A stretch of DNA of 64,000 bases from Podarcis muralis. Lineage: Eukaryota. The stretch lies in NCBI RefSeq assembly GCF_964188315.1, contig NC_135662.1:39122001-39186000 (forward strand), read 5' to 3'. The notes under the pieces were generated by a model that worked only from the letters and a program-made list of their open reading frames with translations, had not been told where the DNA came from and did no database searches. The translations under genes and the position numbers were made by a program. Below, in pieces: positions 47,247-58,381 of the stretch. Each line of letters starts with the position of its first letter. The stretch's first letter is position 1.

Positions 47247-49460
47247 AGTTGTCATAAAAATATCCAAATACTGAGAAGTACAGATTTGGTGCAACACACA
47301 TTATCTCTATATTTTCGGCATCTAGTTGTATCTAGTCAAACAACGTTGCCACTGATTTTCCAGCAAACCTCATAAGGAAACACTGTATGTCCAGTGACAG
47401 GTGTTAAGTTGCATTTGCTTTGGTCTGCTGGGTGATACATACATTAGCATTTCTGTTAAACAAAACAATAAAAAACAAACTGCCCAGGTGGATATGGTGA
47501 AAATAATATAAACACATGTGGCAGATGAATAATGCATTTTCCAGTTTCTTTCGGTCAAGGCAATGAGTCACCCTCTTCTTTGGTAGAAAGAAACCAGAAT
47601 CAAGGAGCAATTCATGCACTCTAAACAAAGTGGAAATGAGCTAAAAGTATTACGCATGTTGTTTTATCTTTATCAACCTTCCCCAGGAATAAGGTAGGCT
47701 GACAAAGATGAATGAGTATAGGGAAGTAATGAGCATTTGAAAGCTGAACATCCTGGGGTTCAGCAGGAAATTGGACCACACTTTGGGGAAACATTATTTT
47801 CTGAATAATGTATGGAACAAGTAGGTAAAACCTATCCACTTCTGCTATTGGCTGCAACGTGGAAGGGGAAAAGGAGGTGATGGGACCAAGGAAGCAATTG
47901 TAAAGTGAAAATATGCCCTTTTTCATTTGTGTGCAAAGTATGTGATTAAAAGAAGAAGTAAAAACCACGACCACTTCTGCTGCCAGCTGCTGGAAATCAC
48001 CATGACAGGTGAATGAGAAAGAGAACCACATTAGAAGCTGGTGATGTGGAGGCAGGGGGAGGGAGATATGAGTATCCAATAAGGAAATGGAGAAGACACC
48101 ACAGCGATGCATTGGGTTCCTGGTAACTACAGCTTGGAGTTGGATCCTATCCCTGCCTAGATTATCCCTGGAATTCACTGCAAAAAAGAGAGATGTGTAT
48201 TGGGCACTGATTGAGGGTGAAATCATATGGACGGCACCCCCAAATTGACAATCAGCTGTGAATCCAGTATAAACACCAGTGCAGACAGTTTTCCACATTT
48301 CTGCATCAGTCTGCAACTTTAAAATTTGACAGCATTTAAATGCATACTTCCCCTAATATGGACATTTTTAAAATGGAGCTTTCTCCTATATGCACATTTT
48401 ACAAGCTATTTCCCTGAAGATACTGCATTTCTGTATGCTATTTTTCACTAATATATGCACTTTTGTACACATTTTTTGGTTAGTTCCATATTGCATATGG
48501 AAGAACAGCTGTGTTTCAGTTCACATATTGGTTCAGGAAGTATGAATGAGATTTGTTAAAATGCAAGATGAACCAAATTTCTTTCCTATCACTACCTTAA
48601 CCAACATAAACTATTATTCCTAGAATCCACCCAGACCGGAATGCAAAGCATTAAATATATTCATTTAGAGGGCATAGATGGGATCCAGAAAAAGAAGTCA
48701 TTTGACAAAAAAAGGAAAAGAAATTATATTTCTATTTGATAACTTAACCCACAAAACTGGCTCCTCTTTTCAACAGCTATCCTAACCACCAGACTTTAAT
48801 CTATGTCTTTTCTCCTCTCTCTCTCTCTCCAGCCTTCTTTCTCACTTGCCACTTTATACATGTCACAGGCTCTCACACTGCCCACCATATACCACTTCCT
48901 TGCTGTCACTTACTCTGCTACACATTCTTTTATTACACTTGGATTATATGGCTACTCATTTGACTGATTGCACAAACTGATTTCTGATTAATTATGTTCT
49001 TAGTTTCTGGTTCATAAACTCTCTTGACACCAATTTGTTAGTTTCATCCCCTTTGGGGCTCCTTTGATGCTGCCCAACAGAAGACTTATAAATATGTGGC
49101 ATTAGTCTGACACTCCAGGTTTGATGCTAAATTACGTCTACATCAGGTGGACTAGATTAACCATAGGCCTCGAGAATAAAGCAGAAGCCTTGATATTCAA
49201 ATAAGATTAAGAGAAGCTGTCCTGCCTCTATATATCATGTCATGTCATTCTGTTAGTCATCCATAATGAACCTGTAGACCAATGATTTAAAACTGATTAT
49301 GGCTCATTCAAACTACTGGCTCAAGAAAGAGACGTGGAGTTACAGAAAGGCATTCAGGTGTGTAGCCAGTCCCCACAAAGCAGGAATAGGGTTCTGTAGC
49401 ACTGACAGCTCCATCAGGCTGGCCTGATGGTTTTTGCTACTCAGTAACCTTGAGGGGCAT

Positions 49461-49657
49461 GGACGCGGGTGGTGCTGTGGGTAAAACCTCAGTGCCTAGG
49501 AGTTGCTGATCGTAAGGTTGGCGGTTCGAATCCCCGCGGCGGGATGAGCTCCCGTCGTTCGGTCCCAGCTCCTGCCCACCTAGCAGTTCGAAAGCACCCC
49601 TAAGTGCAAGTAGATAAATAGGTACCGCTTTATAGTGGGAAGGTAAACGGCGTTTCC
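49461..49657 (+). mobile_element. Sauria SINE, 5' half only, variant subfamily
   Basis: Diagnostic aaaacctcagtgcctagg and cacccctaagtgcaag shared with 50123-50487; stops at cgtttcc. Confidence 0.88.
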
Positions 49658-49739
49658 AAATATCATGCCAAATATCATTTGTAATAGGATATCTATAATT
49701 AAAATTAAAGTATTTTTCCATAAATGTTTACATGCATAG

Positions 49740-50090
49740 AATAATCGAATTGGAAAGATGGAAGAGACCCTGAGGGACACCTTGTCCCACCCCCTGCAAT
49801 GCAGGAATGTTAACTAGATCATACATTACAGATGACCATCCAAACTCTGCTTAAAACCTCTTCTGGAAGTCTGTTCCACTGTCCAACAGTTCTTCCTGTT
49901 CTTCCTGATGTTTCGTTGGAATCTCCTTTCTTGTAAGTTGAATTAATTGGTTCAGGCCCCACCCTCCAAAGCAGGAGGAAACAAGCCTGCTCCATCTTCC
50001 ATGTGGCAGCTCTTTAGATGTTTGAAGATGGCTATCATATCTCCTCCCGGTCTATTCTTCACCAGGCTAAATATATCCAGTTCCCTTAAC
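49740..50090 (-). mobile_element. CR1 3' fragment
   Basis: caaccccctgcaatgcaggaat-like end, aatctcctttcttgtaagttgaa, ctccatcttccatgtggcagc, tttgaagatggctatcatatctcctc. Confidence 0.75.
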
Positions 50091-50122
50091 ATATAACATG
50101 TCTTGTTTTACATTAAATACTA

Positions 50123-50487
50123 AAAGGTAAAGGGTAAAGGTACCCCTGCCCGTACGGGCCAGTCTTGACAGACTCTAGGGTTGTGTGCCCATCTCACTCA
50201 AGAGGCCGGGGGCCAGCGCTGTCCGGAGACACTTCCGGGTCACGTGGCCAGCGTGACATCGCTGCTCTGGCGAGCCAGAGCCGCACACGGAAACGCCGTT
50301 TACCTTCCCACTAGAAAGCGGTCCCTATTTATCTACTTGCACCCGGGGGTGCTTTCGAACTGCTAGGTTGGCAGGCGCTGGGACCGAACAACGGGAGCGC
50401 ACCCCGCCGCAGGGATTCGAACCGCTGACCTTTCGATCGGCAAGCCCTAGGCGCTGAGGCTTTAACCCACAGCGCCACCCGCGTCCC
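50123..50487 (-). mobile_element. Sauria SINE, full length, CpG-rich (young)
   Basis: 14-bp TSD tacattaaatacta (50109-50122, 50489-50502). Confidence 0.95.
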
Positions 50488-51395
50488 ATACATTAAATAC
50501 TATACATATTCAAATACCATTTCATGAAAACATATATTTAACTTGGATTTCTCACTCAACACCTGGACTCAGGAACGAACTCAACGATATGCTAAAGGCA
50601 TGATTTCATTTCACAACTTTTTTCTTTAACGATAAACACTGTGAAATATAGACACCATCTCTAATATCCAACATTAGTCAGACTCATGACCAGCTGAAAT
50701 CAATGGACAAATCCTTTGCTTATCATGGGTCTTCTCTGAGCATGACTCAATGGGATATCACCCTGTGAATCTAAGATGTTCTTTATAGTTTGCATCAGAC
50801 ATGCTTCCATGCTGTGATCAATCAGGATCATCTGCCATGCAATCAGGCTTATCTAGCACAGATAGCTAAGCCCCTTTCCAATGTAATCAGATGGCTGGAT
50901 GGTCAGGAAGCATGTTATGCATCTTTAGGATGCTTGCTGTAGTGGCAGCTATTTCATGTTCAGAACTTTATTGTGGAAGTAGGTCAGATGACAATGTATA
51001 CCAGCTGAATTTGGATGCACCAGGCTGTCTTCTGTAGCCTGTTGTTACAGGATTATAAGTGAGCATGAGTGGGTTCAAATTATTTGATGAATTGGGGGGG
51101 GGGGAGATGCCCATATAAAATAACATGTTAGCAAGAACTTAGATGGAAAGAGGAGTTTTATTCATTGGGTAACAGCCTAAAACAAGCGTAGCTAATGTGG
51201 TGCTGGACTACAGCTCCCTCCCACCCTAGCAAGCATGGCCAATGCAGTGTAGCTGACATGTGAAGGGCACTGTGCTGGCTAGCCCAACCTAAAGCATTCT
51301 AAAATCACTTTTCAAAAACTGAATATGCTATTTAAATAATTTCTTTTTATTTATGGCTGTTGCTGAATTCCAAGAATTGAACTTAGTTTAATATG

Positions 51396-51658
51396 AACAT
51401 AAGAAAATATGAAGAGCCTGCTGGATCAAGCCCATGCCCCATTAACCCAGCACCCTGTTCTCACAGTGGCCAGCCGGATGCATCTGGGAAACCTACAAGC
51501 CCAAGACCACTCTCCCCTCCTGCATATGGTCATTATGGTCCTGACAACCTTTATTTCCGTGAATTTGTCTAATTCTCTTTTAAAGCCATCTAAGTGCTTG
51601 GCCATCACTGCCTCCCATGGGATTGGGTTCCATAATTTAAGTATGTGCTGCTTGTCCA
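51396..51658 (-). mobile_element. CR1 3' end
   Basis: Peptide LWNPIPWEAVMAKHLDGFKRELDKFTE is a CR1 ORF2 C-terminus; aacataagaa tail. Confidence 0.85.
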
Positions 51659-51816
51659 CCTCCTCAAGCCTTATTAACTGCGATTCATCCAACACAACAG
51701 GTCTAGACATTGCTCAGGACACTCCACAAGATTCATCTGCTACAACTGCAGAATCATGGCAAAGAAGTCACAGCAAGCTACCACTGGTTCCACCACCTCC
51801 TCTGAGGCAGACTGTA

Positions 51817-52065
51817 GAAGAAGAAGAGTTTGGATTTGATATCCCGCTTTATCACTACCCGAAGGAGTCTCAAAGCGGCTAACATTCTCCTTTCCCTTCC
51901 TCCCCCACAACAAACACTCTGTGAGGTGAGTGAGGCTGAGAGACTTCTCTGAAATGTGACTAGCCCAAGGTCACCCAGGAGTTGCATGTGGAGGAGCGGA
52001 GACGCGAACCCGGTTCCCCAGATTACAAGTCCACCGCTCTTAACCACTACACCACACTGGCTCTC
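51817..52065 (-). mobile_element. tRNA-headed CORE-like SINE with (CTT)n tail
   Basis: A box agccagtgtggtgtagtggttaaga, core gtgaccttgggctagtcac; 9-bp TSD cagactgta (51808-51816, 52068-52076). Confidence 0.9.
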
Positions 52066-52076
52066 ACCAGACTGTA

Positions 52077-52195
52077 ATTCCATCCAGAAGAATTCTGTCG
52101 GAAGGCATAGTGAGGAAGTGATGGAGGCAGCAAAGTATGCTCTCTTTGATGCTTTCACTTCCGCTAGGTAGGCTTGATGATGAGCCCTCACCAGT
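52077..52195 (-). mobile_element. L2 ORF2 internal fragment
   Basis: RAHHQAYLAEVKASKRAYFAASITSSLCLPTEFF resembles the L2 pre-RT region. Confidence 0.6.
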
Positions 52196-53112
52196 GTTAT
52201 TAGAGAAAATAACAAATGTACCATAGGAAACAGATCTACAATGATGATGATGATGCTAGTTATAGATTATAGGCTATTTCTGTTCCTTTGATGTTGAATG
52301 GGTATCTGTAAAGCTCCAGTAGATAAGTATCTGAGAAATGAATGATGAGAATGTGTGGATGTGTCTAGTATATTTTACAAAGTGGTTCACCATCAAAGCG
52401 GTGCAGCTGCAGCCTCCATTCCTTTGTAGTTAAAGCTGTGAAACAATCCAACAAAAGACAGACTCAAACAGTTTTCAATAGCACCACAGGAGCCTTTTAA
52501 CTATGCATATGAGGAATCCAAGTTGCTGTGGAACACAGCATGGGAAATTGCCGAACTCCACTTAGTACACCTTATGGGGAATGAACAGGATGTCATTGTT
52601 CTGCAGGTGCGTTTGCTACACTTCTTGAATTTACAGATAAATATAGTCCTTGGCCACATGGAAAAGCTAACAAAACAAAGTAAGTGAGATGATCTGTACT
52701 TTCATGTATAACTGGTACCCATTAATCTCTTCTGTAAATAATGAGCCATTGGTTAAATATCTTCCTGAAAGACAAGTGCCCTTCTGGTGACATACATTCA
52801 CAGCATAATTAAACTAAGTGCCAATGTAATGATAAGGAATTCTTATCTCTTCAACCATGCTTCAGTTATTATATTTTTCTTTTATAATATTTCTCTTTTC
52901 TTATTGCCAATGGGAGCCTTTCTTCAAAGGCTAAGTGGTGCAGGGGGGGGGCAATTTTCACCAGGATTGTGGTGCAGTATGATACCAATAAAAACCCACC
53001 ACACACCAGTAGTTAATTGCTTTTTCAAAACAATAACCAGATGATGTTAAAGTAATGTTTGATTTGTGCACGAATCCTGTCCCTATCAAGGGTATTAATG
53101 TATGGTCTAAAT

Positions 53113-53365
53113 CAGGGGTCAGCAACCCTTTTCAGCCATGGGCCAGTCCACCATGCCTCAAACCATGTGGTGGACCAGACTATATTTTGAAAAAATAATA
53201 ATGAACGAATTCCTATGCCCCACAAATAACCCAGAGATGTATTTTAAATAAAAGCGCACATTCTACTCATGTAAAAAACATGCTGATTCCCAGACCATCC
53301 GCGGGCTGGATTGAGAAGGCGAATGGGCCACATTCAGCCCCCGTGCCTTAGGTTGCCTACCCCTG
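53113..53365. mobile_element. hAT-Charlie-like MITE
   Basis: TIR caggggtcagcaacc / ggttgcctacccctg; perfect 8-bp TSD gtctaaat. Confidence 0.92.
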
Positions 53366-56109
53366 GTCTAAATCTTGGCATATCATTTGGCAAAATCATC
53401 TCATCATCTGTGTCATAGGTTCCTTACCACATCCTGCTAACAAATAGATGTTTATACCCATTCTGAAATCCATTTTTTAAAGGATAACACAAAAGCACTT
53501 TTAAAAAAAGAACATATGGTGCTCTTGGAGTTATTGAAAATATTAATTATCTATGTATTTTAATTTCCAGCAAACACCAGGCCTGCTAATCTTTGTGAAT
53601 AACTGAGCTATCACTTCTGTCAAAAGAATGATAAATGTTTTCATTTGAATCAATTTGTTTCCAGAAACTCTTGATGACTTTGTCTGTGGTTTAATCAATA
53701 CCAGCAAATCCTATTTGCTTACAGCAAATTATTTCTTATTCATAGTACAACATGTCTTTCCTGCTCTAATTTGTCAGGTAGGAATCGACACAAACTCTTA
53801 AAATGGACTAGATAGAAAAAATGGTGAGTTTACTCATTGAGTATCATTTCTCCTAGCTTGTATATAAGATCCATGTTTGTGAAACGTGTCATTGTGTTAG
53901 CAATGTAACTTTAAAGCAGAGGGGACTGCTTATGTTATCACTCATGTATCACATAAGAAAAGCTCTCCAAATATTACCAAATATGTTGTATTGCAGAGAT
54001 GAGGAGCCTGCAGCTCTCCAGAAATTGCTAGGATACAATTCCCATCATTCCTGACAATTAGCCCCGCTGACTGAGATGGATGGAAGTTGGAGTTCAAAAA
54101 CATCAAGAGGACCATGGTTCCCCAATTCTGTTGTATTTTATCACCATCAGAATAAAAATACAATTAGAGAGGAACAAATGAAATTAACTTGCAACCACAA
54201 GTGAGATCTAATCTGGATTACAATGGGATAAAATCACACTCTGTGTATGGTCCCATAGTGTGATGATCAGAGTTCAAAAGTGTGTCATATAAGCCTGTCT
54301 ATGGCAATTATGAAATTAGCACCCTTCAGTGACTTGCTGTGCAATTCCATGTGCATTCACTTGGAAATGCATAATGGGGTGAACAAAACATAAAATTCAG
54401 TTTGGATAAATTCAATTCAGAGGCTGTCCAATTTGGGTCTGAATTCAAATCCTCATTTAAGAAAGCTGAAACTTTGTGCTTCCTTCATTCACTAACGTGA
54501 GGAAATTGAAAAAAATGTCTTTTTGACAGAATTGGATGAAATTTGCAGGCATGGGACACTTCCCAACTTCAGCAACTATACTGTTCTTGAGAATCCTATT
54601 CACAAGAGAGTAATGACCCGTGGAGTTGGACACTCTAAAATCAGTTAAAGGGTATGAAAATGCAGGTGAGGAAGGATAGGTGCTGGATTTGCCCTCAGAA
54701 GACACTATAGTGCTAGAAATGTCTGTGCAAGAAGAATCCCAGCAGCGAGTCTGGCCTGGGGAAATCACTTTGTCCTATCCTTTGGACTCCAGTGACTCTG
54801 TTTCTCAGTCCTCACCAGATCTGAAGACTTTGCAATCCTACAGGAGCCAGCATTGGGAAATAGCCTAACAAGGTTAAACCCCAGCTGTTTCTTCAGAGTG
54901 AGGTGGAACTGGGAACACCAAATCTGAAAGCAGACCTGTTTAAAGTGACTGTGGTGGATAACTACAACAGTCATTTTCCCTGTATAGATCCAATGTAAGA
55001 ATGTGTTTCTTAGTAACTGGATCTCTTCCTATATTCTATGACTACTTGTAGACTTGAGTATACACAGGAAATGCAGTAAACTTAGTGGACATCCACATGG
55101 GAAAGTTCTGGGTTATGTCACAGATACTCTTCATTTAAATTTAGTTACATTGCATACATAAAGAATGTGATTTATTAGCATTTTCCAGTATTCAATAGCC
55201 TTATTGAATTAGCATTCCAGATTAATATTTCATTTTCCAGGGTTGCCTGGAACGTCTTGCAGTTTTTGTATAGAGCTAGAAAACAGCGGTTCAGTGTATA
55301 TGAGCATTTGGTAAAGCGGCAATCAATTTTTAATTAATGTTTTAGCAGCTGTGACCTAAAACAGAATTATTAACTTGTGTTTTATAAACATTTTTTTTTA
55401 AAAAAAGAATTTAATATGATGAATATAAACAAACATTTGTACCAACATAGTGAGGGTGATGACATTTTGGATTTTTATTTTTTTAGTGACTGAAGTGTAT
55501 TGTTCTTCTGAACACTTAAAAGCCATTTAAATAGAGTTTTTGTGTTTAATAGCATTGTTTTCAAATAAGGCATAAGTTGTTGTTTTGCCTTCACTGTCTG
55601 ACTAGTATTTCTTTCTCATTATTTAAAATATTGAAACTAATACATACAGTACACATTAATAATATTGCTAAATGCTTAACACTATGAACTGTTAAAAGGC
55701 TATACATTCCTATACCTTCCTAACGTGGAAAGAAATGCAATATTTTGTCCCCTGAGTTCCTCTTCAGCAATCTGTCCACAGTATCTCAAGTTCCACAACC
55801 ACTGACAAACAAACAACACAGGAAGTCACCTTATACTGAGTCAGACCATTTGTCAGAAACCAGGCAGAGGAGTACAGCTCTGATGAGGAATGGTGGGAAC
55901 CTCCCCCTCCCCCTGCTCCTGACCAGGATCCTGAAGCTGCCCAGGAGCAGTGGAGCAGTATAGATTTGGAACAGTGGTTTAAAGAGGGGCATAGTTCTGA
56001 AGACAAATGTTGGGAAGAACTGGGGAGTGAACAGCAAGGTGAAGAAGAACTGGAAGAGAGAGAGCTAACAGACTCTCTCTCTCGATTGAAAGTGTCGAGC
56101 CTATCGGTT

Positions 56110-58381
56110 GAAGAAGAAGAAGAGGAGGAGAAGGAGGAGGAGGAGATTTGATATCCCGCTTTATCACTACCCTAAGTGCCTGAAGAATTATGGATGGAGG
56201 CTCATAACATTGTACAGGAGGCAGCAACGAAAACCATCCCAATGAAAAGGAAATGCAAGAAAGCAAAGTGGCTGTCCAATGAGGCCTTACAAATAGCAGA
56301 GGAGAGAAGGCAAGCAAAATGCGAGGGAGATAGTGAAAGATACAGGAAATTGAATGCAGATTTCCAAAGAATAGCAAGGAGAGACAAGAAGGCCTTCTTA
56401 AACGAGCAATGCAAAGAAATAGAGGAAAACAACAGAATGGGAAGAACCAGAGATCTGTTCAAGAAAATTGGAGATATGAAAGGAACATTTCGTACAAAGA
56501 TTACCATAATAAAGGACAAAAGTGGTAAGGACCACTTACCAAAAGTGGTAAGAAGCAGAAGACATCAAGAAGAGGTGGCAAGAATACACAGAGGAATTAT
56601 ACCAGAAAGATATGGATGTCTCGTACACCCCAGGTAGTGTGGTTGCTGACCTTGAGCCAGACATCCTGGAAAGTGAAGTCAAATGGGCCTTAGAAAGCAC
56701 TGCTAATAACAAGGCCAGTGGAAGTGATGGTATTCCAGCTGAACTATTTAAAATTTTAAAAGATGATGCTGTTAAGGTGCTACACTCAATATGCCAGCAA
56801 ATTTGGAAAACTCAGCAGTGGCCAGAAGATTGGAGAAGATCAGTCTACATCCCAATCTCAAAGAAGGGCAGTGCCAAAGAATGCTCCAACTACCGCACAA
56901 TTGCACTCATTTCACACGCTAGCAAGGTTATGCTTAAAATTCTACAAGGAAGGCTCAAGCAGTATGTGGATCGAGAACTCCCAGAAGTGCCAGCTGGATT
57001 TAGAAGAGGCAGAGGAACCAGAGACCAAATTGCAAACATGTGCTGGATTATGGAGAAAGCTAGAGAGTTCCAGTAAGACATCTACTTCTGCTTCATTGAC
57101 TATGCAAAAGCCTTTGACTGTGTCGACCACAACAAACTATGGCAAGTTCTTAAAGAAATGGGAGTGCCTGATCACCTCATCTGTCTCCTGAGAAATCGCT
57201 ATGTGGGACAAGAAGCTACAGTTAGAACTGGATATGGAACAACTGATTGGTTCAAAATTGGAAAAGGAGTACGACAAGGCTGTATTTTGTCTCCCTGCTT
57301 ATTTAATTTATATGCAGAATGCATCATGCGAAAGGCTGGGCTGGATGAATCCCAAACTGGAATTAAGATTGCCGGAAGAAATATCAACAACCTCAGATAT
57401 GCAGATGATACAACCTTGATGGCAGAAAGTGAGGAGGAGTTAAAGAACCTTTTAATGAGGGTGAAAGAGGAGAGCGCAAAATATGGTCTGAAGCTCAATA
57501 TCAAAAAAACGAAGATCATGGCCACTGGTCCCATCACCTCCTGGCAAATAGAAGGGGAAGAAATGGAGGCAGTGAGAGATTTTACTTTCTTGGGCTCCAT
57601 GATCACTGCAGATGGTGACAGCAGCCACGAAATTAAAAGACGCCTGCTTCTTGGGAGAAGGGCAATGACAGGCCTAGACAGCATCTTGAGAAGTAGAGAC
57701 GTCACCTTGCCAACAAAGGTCCGTATAGTTAAAGCCATGGTTTTCCCAGTAGTGATGTATGGAAGTGAGAGCTGGACCATAAAGAAGGCTGATCGCCGAA
57801 GAATTGATGCTTTTGAATTATGGTGCTGGAGGAGACTCTTGAGAGTCCCATGGACTGCAAGAAGATCAAACGCATCCATTCTTAAGGAAATCAGCCCTGA
57901 GTGCTCACTGGAAGGACAGATCGTGAAGGTGAGGCTCCAGTACTTTGGCCACCTCATGAGAAGAGAAGACTCCCTGGAGAAGACACTGATGCTGGGAAAG
58001 ATGGAGGGCACAAGGAGAAGGGGGCGACAGAGGACGAGATGGTTGGATAGTGTTTTCGAGGTTACCAGCATGAGTTTGACCAAACTGCGGGAGGTAGTGG
58101 AGAACAGAGGTGCCTGGCGTGCTCTGGTCCATGGGGTCACGAAGAGTCGGACACGACTAAATGACTAAACAACAACAAAAGGAGTCTCAAAGCTGCGAAC
58201 AAGCTCCTTTTCCCTTCCTCCCCCACAACAAACACTCTGTGAGGTGAGTGAGGCTGAGAGACTTCAGAGAAGTATGACTAGCCCAAGATCACCCAGCAGC
58301 TGCATGTGGAGGAGCGGGGAATCAAACCCAGTTCACCAGATTATGAGTCCACCGCTCTTAACCACACCACCACACTGGCTC
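56110..58381 (-). mobile_element. CORE-like SINE split by Bov-B
   Basis: 56110-56176 and 58179-58381 rejoin to match the intact copy at 51817-52065 across ctaccc(t/g)aaggagtctc. Confidence 0.9.
56177..58178 (+). mobile_element. 5'-truncated Bov-B (RTE clade) LINE with a nearly intact reverse transcriptase region
   Basis: ORF pieces 56176-56637, 56612-57076 and 57158-58168 with YADD, FIDYAKAFD and VRQGCILSP motifs; frameshift at ~56534-56551, in-frame TAA at 57074-57076, (CAA)n tail, 3-bp aag duplication. Confidence 0.96.

Noticed and set aside
54600-54980. GC-richer block with short acidic ORFs, possibly another LTR
   Set aside because: Could not find TG/CA termini, TSD or poly(A) signal
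55840-56151. 104-codon acidic, proline-rich open frame
   Set aside because: No ATG; made of LTR sequence fused to a GAA/GAG SINE tail
57199-58140. 313-aa minus-strand ORF (and the 100-aa one at 4701-5003)
   Set aside because: Antisense frame of Bov-B sequence, recurring in both copies; not a host gene
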